This document shows, one piece after another, positions 28,303-37,278 of a stretch of 64,000 nucleotides of DNA. The stretch lies in contig JAKQNO010000070.1 in the NCBI GenBank assembly GCA_029565735.1, forward strand, positions 22,542 to 86,541, read 5' to 3'. Under the pieces are notes generated by a model that had not been told where the DNA came from, ran no database searches, and saw nothing but the letters and a program-made list of their open reading frames with translations. A program made the translations under genes and the position numbers. This stretch comes from a bacterium. Lineage in GTDB: Bacteria; Oederibacteriota; PGYV01. Position 1 is the stretch's first letter, and each line of letters opens with the position of its first letter.

Positions 28303-29661
28303 ATTTTTACGAATTTTAGATTTGATCAGTGTGTGTTCGATAAAGTGGTTACATTTTCATCCACCCTATTAAATAAAAAATACCCTGGAGGAGCCATACA
28401 AGGGTTTTAGGATAGGGTAGTCTCGAAGAGAGTACGATATCAAACCCCAGTGCAGATAAAAAATAACAAATAAATGTATTCCTGTCAATTATCGTAAATT
28501 CAAGGCAATGCATGATTAAAGGTGTGTATTCCGCGTGTCCCTTTTAGAATCCCTTCAGCAAAAAAGCATAGCCATTATGGATCTATCTTATTCCTACTTT
28601 TCCGCGTTTTGAATCCACAATATAATTGTTTTAAATCGTTGCATACAATCATTCAGTTTTGGGTTAAGGAGTTGAGACGCGTACTCGTTACTGCGTGATG
28701 TTTTTTTAATCTCAGTCGGAACTTTTAAAAAAAGGATTACTCTTTTCAATTTTGCCCGTTTTCGCGTGCTGGTTGTGGCGCACGATTTTGTGTGCGCTCC
28801 GATTTCATGACGCTGCGGGTAAAATAGCCGTCCACGTTAAAATCTCCACTACAAAATGTGTGACTATATCTTAAAACCTCAAGAGTTTTTGTGTTCCTTT
28901 GTGCGATTAAAGAAAGCACAGACCATTTCGCCTCTAATCTTCACTGTAATTTTGAAAGGTTAGGTTCGAAATTATGGCGAATTCAAAACGAACAGGAAGT
29001 TTCAGAAATGAAGAATTTTGAAATCGTCGGTATCAGACACGGCAAAAAAGTTTTAGTCTTTTCGTTTTTTGAAATATTTAAAGCAATCAATACATCATAA
29101 AGGTGTTTTAAAATGATAAAATTCTACATTTTGTATATATACCCATACCTTAACATAACAACGAAAAAGACACTTGAAGCCTATAAGGAACTTACAGTAA
29201 TACAGGTAGAAAAGGCTTTGTTTGAAACCCCAAGAACAAAAAACGTTTCAATTCATAAACACGCTTAAAGAAAATGTAACAGCATACGGAGGCGGAAATA
29301 TTAAACGGCGGTGAATATGTAAAAACTCAAGATGATGTTATCAGGTACTTTAACAGGATAAACAAGGGCGCTGATAAAGAAATAATTTCAACTATTTTTT
29401 AACGTAAAGAACAGAATTTTAGGAATTAAAGCAATATTGTCTTTATTGTTTTCGGTTTATTGGACTTGATGGGTATTATAAAGTTCAGGCGCTAATCCGG
29501 CCAAAAGAAGAATTGTCCATCCAAAATATCAAAATCCGGTATAAAGGGCAAATAAAGGTATGTTTTTAGTATTTTTTTAAGTATTTTTTGGGAATTTGAT
29601 ATACCAAAATAAAGCGCTTCTGTGATATACTCTCATATTATATGTATTTAAAGGAGGAATT

Positions 29662-30966
29662 ATGTTGACAGGCGTGGTTGGCGGAGGCATAGCAGGGCTG
29701 GTCGCCGCATACAGATTATCAAAGGCAGGGCATCAGGTTTTTGTTTTTGAAGCGGATGAAAATCTTGGCGGGCTTGCGCAAAGCATGGATTTTGCCGGGA
29801 CAAAACTTGACGTATTCTACAGGCATATTTTTAAAAGCGACCTTGATATCGTAAAACTTATAGATGAACTTGACCTTGCCCCGGGAATGATGTGGCAGGA
29901 ATCAAAGGTAAGTTTTTATACAGGCGGAAAAACATACCCTTTTACAACCCCCATGGACCTTTTGTCCTTTCCTGTATTACCTTTTATAGACAGGGTAAAA
30001 CTTGGCTTTATGGCGCTTTACCTTCAGCGCGTGAATGACTGGAAAAAATATGAAAAGATTACGGCCAAAGACTGGGTCACAAAATACGTTTCAAAAAACG
30101 TGTATGACAAAGTCTGGGGGCCTTTAATGAAACAGAAGTTCGGGCCGGAAGCCGACAATGTGGCAATGACCTGGCTTTACGGAAGGATTCATTCGCGCGT
30201 TGCTTCGCGCGAAGGCGGCGGGGCAAAGGAAGTGCTTGGCTATATGAAAGGCAGTTATCAGGTGCTTGTTGACACCCTTGAAAACGCTGCGCTTAAAGAA
30301 GGCGCCAGAATAATGAAAAACACGGCTGTCAGCAAGGTTGTGCTTGAAAACGGAAAAGTAAAAGGCGTAATGGTAAACGGGCAGGAACATATACTTGATT
30401 CCGTTGTCTTAACCTGCGCGCCGGCTATCACAAGAAAACTTGTATCGTTTGACAAAGAGTATGATGACAGGCTTTCAAAGATGAGATATCACGGCGCCAT
30501 GAACCTTGTCATGAGGACAAAAAAATCGCTAAGCGAAACTTACTGGCTTAATGTGGCGGAAAAAGACAGCCCTTTTGTCGCTGTTATCGAGCACACAAAC
30601 CTTGTGCCCAAAGAATTTTACGGCGGCGACACGGTTATATATTTAAGCAAGTACCTTAATACTGATGACGAACTTTACAAGGCATCCGATGAAAAGGTTA
30701 AGGAAATTTTCTTTGCGTATCTTAAAAAGATATTTCCGCATTTTAATGCCGAAGATGTAATTGAATACAGGGTGAAAAGGGCGCCATATTCCCAGCCCAT
30801 AGTGGGGCTGGAATTTTCCAAGATAAAGCTTGATTACAGGACGCCGATAAAAGGCCTTTATTCCGCTAATATGACGCAGGTTTATCCCGAAGACAGGGGC
30901 ATGAGCTACAGCGTAAAGCTTGGCAATGAAGTAAGCGCGATAATGGCTGAAGATTATAAATCATAA
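29662..30966 (+). CDS. FAD/NAD(P)-binding oxidoreductase (amine-oxidase / phytoene-desaturase fold)
   Basis: GGGIAGLVAAYRL...FEADENLGG dinucleotide motif. RBS AAGGAGG. Confidence 0.75.
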   Translation: MLTGVVGGGIAGLVAAYRLSKAGHQVFVFEADENLGGLAQSMDFAGTKLDVFYRHIFKSDLDIVKLIDELDLAPGMMWQESKVSFYTGGKTYPFTTPMDLLSFPVLPFIDRVKLGFMALYLQRVNDWKKYEKITAKDWVTKYVSKNVYDKVWGPLMKQKFGPEADNVAMTWLYGRIHSRVASREGGGAKEVLGYMKGSYQVLVDTLENAALKEGARIMKNTAVSKVVLENGKVKGVMVNGQEHILDSVVLTCAPAITRKLVSFDKEYDDRLSKMRYHGAMNLVMRTKKSLSETYWLNVAEKDSPFVAVIEHTNLVPKEFYGGDTVIYLSKYLNTDDELYKASDEKVKEIFFAYLKKIFPHFNAEDVIEYRVKRAPYSQPIVGLEFSKIKLDYRTPIKGLYSANMTQVYPEDRGMSYSVKLGNEVSAIMAEDYKS

Positions 30967-30979
30967 CGGAGGTAATAAC

Positions 30980-31681
30980 TTGAAAATATCGGCCTTTTTT
31001 CCGGCATATAACGAAGAAGCAAATGTAGGCGCGCTTGCGCTGAAAACGTCAAAGGTGCTTGCGGGTATCTGCGAGGACTATGAAGTAATAATAGTAAACG
31101 ACTGCTCCAAAGATAAGACAAAGGAAGCCGCAGAAGAAGTGATGAAGCAGGACAGCCATATAAAACTTATTAACCATGAAAAAAATAAAGGCTACGGCGG
31201 CGCGGTCAAGTCCGGCCTGTACGCCGCAAAGTTTGAATGGGTGTTTTTTACTGACGGCGACGCGCAGTTTGACGTTTCCGAAATACCCCTTCTGGTAAAC
31301 ATGGCGGACAAATATGATTTTATAAACGGGTACAGGATAAAAAGGCAGGACCCGTTCAATAGAAAGCTTAACGCTTTTATGTGGGGGCTTCTGGTAAAGA
31401 CCCTGCTTGGATTCTGGGTAAAAGACGTTGACTGCGCGTTTAAGCTTTTCAGGAAAGAAATTATAGACAACGCGCAGCCCGAAGCCGAAGGGGCAATGAT
31501 ATCCACTGAGCTTCTTGCCAAGACAAAAAAACTTGGATACAAAATAGGGCAGATAGGCGTGCACCATTATCCAAGGACGGCGGGAACGCAGACCGGCGCC
31601 AAACCCGGAGTTATTTTAAAAGCGTTTAAAGAATTAATAAGGCTTTACGGGAAAATACAAAAAGTGAAAAAAATTAAATAG
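30980..31681 (+). CDS. GT2 polyprenyl-phosphate glycosyltransferase (DPM1/ArnC-like)
   Basis: TTG start after RBS GGAGG. Motifs PAYNEE, IIVNDCSKDKT and the DxD motif FTDGDAQFD. Confidence 0.85.
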   Translation: MKISAFFPAYNEEANVGALALKTSKVLAGICEDYEVIIVNDCSKDKTKEAAEEVMKQDSHIKLINHEKNKGYGGAVKSGLYAAKFEWVFFTDGDAQFDVSEIPLLVNMADKYDFINGYRIKRQDPFNRKLNAFMWGLLVKTLLGFWVKDVDCAFKLFRKEIIDNAQPEAEGAMISTELLAKTKKLGYKIGQIGVHHYPRTAGTQTGAKPGVILKAFKELIRLYGKIQKVKKIK

Positions 31682-31697
31682 GAAGTTTTGGAGAAAA

Positions 31698-32657
31698 ATG
31701 AAAATAAAGCGCTTTTTAACTTTAGTGCTGTCAGCAGCCCTTCCCGTATTTGTGTTCGCGGGCGGCGAAACAGGCGGCGATGTATTAAAAGTTGACGCGG
31801 GCAACAGGGCGTCCGGGATGGCCGGCGCTTATACGGCAGCCGGCGCCGGCGTTGAATCCATATTTTATAATCCCGCGGGAATGTCGTCTCTTTTAAAAAC
31901 CCAGTTTGTTTACAGCCACCTTTTTTCCTACGCTTCAATGGCCGTGGAGCAAATCTCTTTCGGGAAATACGTGGACACACCGCTTATAGAAGGGACCGCC
32001 GGGCTTTCAATACTTTACAGGCATATGCCTGCCATATCAAACGCCGATGCCAAAGACGCGCCGGTTGAATTTTATGATTTTGTGCTTGCAGGCGTTTTTG
32101 CCAATGACATGTACAGCCTTATAAGGGACGAATTTTACAAAAATCTGACTTTTGGAATAAACGCCAAGCTTATATTTGAAAACATAGGGATATACAAGGC
32201 CACCACTTACGCGGCTGACCTTGGAATAAAATACGCGTTTCCCGGCTCCGGGTTTGCGCTTGGCGCGGCAATTTTAAACGCGGGCGCGCCCATAAAAATA
32301 ATTTCCGAATCCGCGCCGCTTCCGTTAACGGCAAGAATCGGGGCGCGGTATCAGTTTGATTTTGACGCTGACAACCATCTTGACCTGGCCCTTGATTACA
32401 TACACGACTTTTACGATTATCCTCGCGCGGCTTTTGGGATTGAAGACAAACTTATAGACATGCTTTATTTAAGGCTTGGCATCAACGCGCCTTTTGATTC
32501 AAGGTCAGCGGCTTTTGCGGCGGCGGGTTTCGGCGTAAAAATAACGCAGTTTGAAGTTGATGTCACGCTTAACTACACATACAAGCCCGTGTTTATAAAC
32601 GGGTTTAACGTCATTGAATCAACGCATTCCGCCGGCATGACGGTGGATCTGCCGTAA
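31698..32657 (+). CDS. Outer-membrane beta-barrel, PorV/PorQ-like (FadL superfamily)
   Basis: Signal peptide. N-terminal 'GGDVLKVDAGNRASGMAGAYTAAGAGVESIFYNPAGMS'. Alternating beta-strand pattern to the C-terminus. Confidence 0.55.
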   Translation: MKIKRFLTLVLSAALPVFVFAGGETGGDVLKVDAGNRASGMAGAYTAAGAGVESIFYNPAGMSSLLKTQFVYSHLFSYASMAVEQISFGKYVDTPLIEGTAGLSILYRHMPAISNADAKDAPVEFYDFVLAGVFANDMYSLIRDEFYKNLTFGINAKLIFENIGIYKATTYAADLGIKYAFPGSGFALGAAILNAGAPIKIISESAPLPLTARIGARYQFDFDADNHLDLALDYIHDFYDYPRAAFGIEDKLIDMLYLRLGINAPFDSRSAAFAAAGFGVKITQFEVDVTLNYTYKPVFINGFNVIESTHSAGMTVDLP

Positions 32658-32758
32658 GGCGCGCTGTAAACGCGGCCGGTTTAAGCGTTCTTGACAATAT
32701 CCGGCTGCGCATATATAATTAAAAAAAACCGTTAATAACGGGGAAAAACGGAGGCAAT

Positions 32759-34174
32759 ATGAAAAAAATCACTTTAATTCTGTCTGCACTTTTTGCGGTA
32801 TCGGCATCGGTTTATTCCAATACCCTTTCCGCGGTTAATTCCTTTGAATCCGGATTGTATCCAAGGGGTATAGCAATTGCCGACACAAACGGCGACGCTA
32901 AAAATGAAATTCTGGTTGCCAATTTCGGCGAAGACACGCTTATAGGGCAGGGCAGCGATGTCACGCCGACTTCATCAATAGCGGTTTTTTATAACGGGAT
33001 TAAAAGCGTTATTGCCGCGGGGAAAACTCCAAGGGGCGTTGCGGCAGGCGATTTAAACGCCGACGGAAAAGCGGATTTTGCGGTAACCAATTATGAAGAC
33101 GGCACCGTGATGATATTTGAAGGCAATGATACCCAAACCGTTGAAGTGGGAAAATACCCTGTGGGCGCGGCAATAGGTTCAATTGACAACGAAGGCATAA
33201 AAAAAGAAGATATCGCCGTGGCTGTATACGCCGACAGCAAGGTTTCTGTGATTATAAGGGACAGCAAGGGCGCTTTGGAAAAAATTGACATTGCGGTTCC
33301 GGGAAATCCCACGGATGTTACCATAGGCACGCTTAACAATGAAAGGGTGATTCTGTCAGCCAATTATAACAGCCCGACAATAAGCATAATAAAAAAACAG
33401 GGCGGAGTCATCAGCAAGACAGCGGACTTACCCGCGGGCGCGGGAGTGTGCAAGGTGGAAATAGCGGATGTAACCGGAGACGGTTCGCAGGATATAATAG
33501 CCGCCAATTTTCACGACAACACAATTTCCGTAACGGAATTTAAAAACGGCGCGGCCATGGAGCCGGTTATTTACAAGCTTAACGGATTAAGGCCCAACGG
33601 CCTGGCTGCGGGTGATATAAACGGCGACGGCCTTATTGATGTTGTGGCCGCCAACCGCGACAGCGATTCAATTGACATACTTACGCAGAAAAACGGAAGA
33701 CTGGAACTTACACAGAGCATAACCGTCACTGAAGACGAAAATAAAACATACGGCCCCGTTGAAGTTGCCATAGGCGATGTTAACGCGGACGGCCTTGCTG
33801 ATATTGCCTTTACGCACATGAGGACAGGCACGCTGAAAGTGATATATCAGGAAGCGGAAAAAAAGGAAGAACCGGCAGATATTCCGGAGATGAATAAAAA
33901 TACGGTTTATAATTACCCTAATCCTGCGAAAACTCAGACCACTTTCAGGTTCCCTTTGCGGGAAAAACAGGAAGTAAAGATAGCGGTTCTGGACATAAAG
34001 GGCAACCTTGTATGGTCCAAAACCATACCGGAATCCGAATCGGCGGCGGGAATTAATTACATAACCTGGAACCTTGTAAATGATATAGGGCAGTCTGTTT
34101 CAAACGGCGCGTATATACTTAAGGTTATTACAAAAGATAAAGTAATAAGCAAGAATATAGCGATAGTAAAATAA
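32759..34174 (+). CDS. Secreted FG-GAP/VCBS-repeat propeller protein with a T9SS-type C-terminal sorting domain
   Basis: Signal peptide. At least 6 repeats of the type 'AAGDLNADGKADFAVTNY'. C-terminal 90 aa (33902-34171) is 'VYNYPNPA...IKGNLV...GAYILKVIT...IAIVK'. Confidence 0.75.
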   Translation: MKKITLILSALFAVSASVYSNTLSAVNSFESGLYPRGIAIADTNGDAKNEILVANFGEDTLIGQGSDVTPTSSIAVFYNGIKSVIAAGKTPRGVAAGDLNADGKADFAVTNYEDGTVMIFEGNDTQTVEVGKYPVGAAIGSIDNEGIKKEDIAVAVYADSKVSVIIRDSKGALEKIDIAVPGNPTDVTIGTLNNERVILSANYNSPTISIIKKQGGVISKTADLPAGAGVCKVEIADVTGDGSQDIIAANFHDNTISVTEFKNGAAMEPVIYKLNGLRPNGLAAGDINGDGLIDVVAANRDSDSIDILTQKNGRLELTQSITVTEDENKTYGPVEVAIGDVNADGLADIAFTHMRTGTLKVIYQEAEKKEEPADIPEMNKNTVYNYPNPAKTQTTFRFPLREKQEVKIAVLDIKGNLVWSKTIPESESAAGINYITWNLVNDIGQSVSNGAYILKVITKDKVISKNIAIVK

Positions 34175-34193
34175 TATGGCGTAGAAAACAAAA

Positions 34194-34231
34194 GCAGGCA
34201 GGCGGGAGAAAATCCCGCCTGCCTGCTTTTT
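34194..34231 (+). terminator. Rho-independent terminator
   Basis: Perfect 14-bp stem GCAGGCAGGCGGGA / TCCCGCCTGCCTGC, 5-nt loop, then TTTTT. Confidence 0.8.
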
Positions 34232-34250
34232 AAATTTAAGGGAGAAATAA

Positions 34251-35162
34251 TTGAAAAGAATTTTATCGGCTGCAATGTTTTTATTGATTACCTGCGGCGC
34301 GTGGGCGCTTGGAACAGGCGGAGGAGCCGCGGCTTTTTTAAGGGCGGGCGCCGGCGCAAGGGCGCTTTCGCTTTCAACGGCCTTTACCGCGTATTATGAC
34401 GACGTGTCGTGCGCGTACTGGAACCCTTCGGCTGTGGCTTTTACCGGAAGGCCGGGCATTTCAACCATGTATTCGCTGCTTTCCGAACAGAGAGCTTATA
34501 ATTACATAGCGGGAATATACCCGACGCCTGCCGGTGTTTTCGGCGCAGGGCTTATTAATTTTTCAATAGCCGGCATTGAAGGCAGGGAAGGCGATACTGA
34601 AAGTTTTACGGAGATTAAAGACACGGAAAACGCGTACTGCCTTACATACGCGTATCCGGTAACCCGGTGGTTCGCGGCGGGAGTCAATTTTAAAATTCTC
34701 CAGACAGCGCTTGGAAGTTACAGCGCGTCGGGTTTTGGCTTTGACACGGGAGTTATTTTAAAGGTTAACGAATATTTTTCCGCGGGCGCGTCGTTAAGGG
34801 ACGCGGGCGGTTTTTTAAAATGGAACACCGGTTATCAGGAAGACGTGCCCATGCTTATGCGGCTTGGAATAAGGGCGGCTTTATTTGACGATGTGTTAAG
34901 GGTCAGCGTTGACGCGGAAAAAAACGAATTTGAAGGGCTGTCCGCCATGGCGGGCGCGGAAGTGCCGCTTTTTAAAATGTTTTTCCTGCGCGCCGGCGTG
35001 TCTTACGGCCTGGACAGTTACGAATTTGACTATACCGCGGGAATGGGTGTTTCTGTGCCGGTTTCTTCATTTTTTATAAAGGCGGATTACGCTTTTCAGA
35101 AAGAAGAATACTTTACGTCTTTTCAGGCGCAGCACAGGTTCTCTTTGTCGGTATACTTTTAA
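34251..35162 (+). CDS. Second outer-membrane beta-barrel, PorV/PorQ-like (FadL superfamily)
   Basis: TTG start after GGGAG. Signal peptide. 'AAFLRAGAGARALSLSTAFTAYYDDVSCAYWNPSAVAF'. C-terminal ...SVYF. Confidence 0.55.
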   Translation: MKRILSAAMFLLITCGAWALGTGGGAAAFLRAGAGARALSLSTAFTAYYDDVSCAYWNPSAVAFTGRPGISTMYSLLSEQRAYNYIAGIYPTPAGVFGAGLINFSIAGIEGREGDTESFTEIKDTENAYCLTYAYPVTRWFAAGVNFKILQTALGSYSASGFGFDTGVILKVNEYFSAGASLRDAGGFLKWNTGYQEDVPMLMRLGIRAALFDDVLRVSVDAEKNEFEGLSAMAGAEVPLFKMFFLRAGVSYGLDSYEFDYTAGMGVSVPVSSFFIKADYAFQKEEYFTSFQAQHRFSLSVYF

Positions 35163-35178
35163 AAAAGGATAAAATAAA

Positions 35179-36279
35179 ATGGCTGAAAAAACGGGAAAGC
35201 GGCTGGAAAAAGCGGTTAAGAATTTTTTTATAAACCTGCTGGCTGCCGTAATATCAGATGGTAAAAATATTAAAGTCAAACCCGCCGCGGAAATAAAATC
35301 CGTGCTTGTGATAAGGCCGGACAGGCTTGGCGATTTTATACTGACAGTGCCCGCCATACAGCTGCTGAAAAAAAACCTGGAGCCGGGAGCCAAGCTTACA
35401 ATAATGTGCGGGACGCGCGGGCTTGATACGGCAAAACTTTATTTTCCTGACTGCCGTATCATTGTGCGCAAAAAAGGCATTATAAATTTTAAGCTGTGCG
35501 TGTTAAAAACAGCGTTCAGGCATGATGCGGTTATTAACTTTCACTCTTACCCTTTTTCAATGACTTCCGCCATGCTTACATTGTTCACTTTCTGCGGTGT
35601 CAGGATTGGCTTTAAAGAGACACAGAGCGTAAAAAACGTGCTTGCGCCAAAAATATACAATAAAGGCATTGTATTAAATGATGACGCGCTGCATGAAACA
35701 GAAAAGAATTTTGCGCTTTTGTCCGTCCTTGGAATAAAAGCGGACGCGGAAAAGATACAGCCGGAGGCGCCTGACCCGGGCAGGCAGGCAGCGGATGACG
35801 CGGATGCTTTTATTGCTGCTTTTAAAGACGCCGGTAAGTTTATAATAATTCACCCTTCGCTTTTAAAAAAAGACAACCGCTGGGAACAGGAAAGGTACGC
35901 TGAATTCGCCAAGATGGCGTCAGACAACGGCATTAATGTGGCGGCTGTCGCGGGCATGGGAGAACAGGATGAGATGCAAAAATTCAAAAAAATGTGCGCC
36001 GGCACAGAAAGGATATATTACTATCCGTATTCCGATATAGCGCATCTGCTTGCGCTTGGCAAAAAATCGGCCTGTACGGTATGCAATGACAGCGGAATAA
36101 TGCACCTTTTTTCGCTTGCCTGCCCGGTTGTGGCGGTATTCGGGCCAAGCGTGCTTTCAAGGTGGAAACCCATAGGGCCGTTTAATAACATATGTATTCA
36201 GAAAGAAGACAAAAAATGCATGTCTGTCTCCGCTAAAGAGGTTTTGTCCGCGGTGCGGGAAAATTATCTGCGCGTGTAA
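35179..36279 (+). CDS. Glycosyltransferase family 9 (LPS heptosyltransferase-like)
   Basis: 'VLVIRPDRLGDFILTVPAI' and 'VCNDSGIMHL' motifs. Confidence 0.7.
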   Translation: MAEKTGKRLEKAVKNFFINLLAAVISDGKNIKVKPAAEIKSVLVIRPDRLGDFILTVPAIQLLKKNLEPGAKLTIMCGTRGLDTAKLYFPDCRIIVRKKGIINFKLCVLKTAFRHDAVINFHSYPFSMTSAMLTLFTFCGVRIGFKETQSVKNVLAPKIYNKGIVLNDDALHETEKNFALLSVLGIKADAEKIQPEAPDPGRQAADDADAFIAAFKDAGKFIIIHPSLLKKDNRWEQERYAEFAKMASDNGINVAAVAGMGEQDEMQKFKKMCAGTERIYYYPYSDIAHLLALGKKSACTVCNDSGIMHLFSLACPVVAVFGPSVLSRWKPIGPFNNICIQKEDKKCMSVSAKEVLSAVRENYLRV

Positions 36280-36343
36280 TCAAAAGGCGGCCAAACTGCG
36301 TCTAAAATTATGTAAAAAGTTCTTATAAAGTATATAAATCATA

Positions 36344-36386
36344 TTGATATTACAAAAAATTGGTATATAATATATATACACCAATT
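36344..36386 (+). promoter_or_regulatory. Promoter with an overlapping inverted repeat (candidate operator)
   Basis: TTGATA at 36344-36349 and TATAAT at 36366-36371. Arms AATTGGT (36358-36364) and ACCAATT (36380-36386) bracket the -10. Confidence 0.4.
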
Positions 36387-36418
36387 AAGAAAGAAAAATA
36401 TACGAAGGGGAGGCAATT

Positions 36419-37015
36419 ATGAAAAGAATGGTAATGGTTTTAATGGCTCTTGCTTTTGCTGTATCAATGGTTCAGGCGGCTTCATGGACTGTATACGAGG
36501 ATTACACAGCCTATAAAGCGGTTAAAGAAGCGGCATCAAAGGCTTCTGATGAAGGCAATACGACAGTATCTGTGGCAAAGTACAAAGAAGCGGCGGCTCT
36601 TGCGGCCAAATCAGCCACAAAAGAAATTCAGGCGTGGCAGCTTAACAGCGCGGCGTATGAATTAATCAAAGCTTTCAAGAAGACAACGGATTATTCGGCA
36701 AAAATTGAACAGCTTTCCGGAATGACGGCAAGCAAGGAAAAATTTGCCACACAGAAAGAAATTGCGGCAAACCTTGAAGCAAACATCGCGCCTTTAACAG
36801 AGGCCAAAGCGATACTTGAAGAGGCAAAAGCGCTTGAAGGCGGAGAAGGCCCTGCCGAAAAGATAGCATCCAACCTTGATTTTATTTCATGGGTAAACCA
36901 GTTCCTTGAAGATACAAAGAACCCCGTTGAAAAAAAGGTTGAAGCGGCTGTAAATGCAGGCAAAGAAGCGGTTAAAGACGCTGAAAAACCCGTGGAAGCA
37001 ACCAAAGCAAAATAA
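36419..37015 (+). CDS. Secreted Ala/Lys/Glu-rich all-helical protein, unknown function
   Basis: Strong RBS GGGGAGG. Signal peptide ...SMVQA|AS. Monocistronic, lying between its own promoter and a strong terminator. Confidence 0.45.
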   Translation: MKRMVMVLMALAFAVSMVQAASWTVYEDYTAYKAVKEAASKASDEGNTTVSVAKYKEAAALAAKSATKEIQAWQLNSAAYELIKAFKKTTDYSAKIEQLSGMTASKEKFATQKEIAANLEANIAPLTEAKAILEEAKALEGGEGPAEKIASNLDFISWVNQFLEDTKNPVEKKVEAAVNAGKEAVKDAEKPVEATKAK

Positions 37016-37039
37016 TATTCAATCTTTATATTTTCAAAA

Positions 37040-37066
37040 GGCGGCCCTGAACGGGCCGCCTTTTTT
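37040..37066 (+). terminator. Rho-independent terminator
   Basis: GGCGGCCC-TGAAC-GGGCCGCC followed by TTTTTT. Confidence 0.8.
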
Positions 37067-37278
37067 ATTTTAAACGGCGCAATATGTTGCGCCTCTCTTT
37101 TGTAATTCTCTTTGCCAAACCTACGCTTTAATTTATGGGATAACAGGTTATGGGTCAGGTAATCTTCCGCGCTGATGCATTAATCTGGACAGAAACGCCG
37201 TAAATTATGATATAATAACTCACGATTTTTTTGTTAATATTTTATTTTTATCCGTATTTATAAGGAGAAAACTGTTTA

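Noticed and set aside
28891-29100. 69-aa + strand ORF in the ORF-poor part of the island
   Set aside because: It has a non-ATG start, no RBS and no motif, and is surrounded by frame-broken fragments. I treat it as part of decayed sequence rather than a gene.
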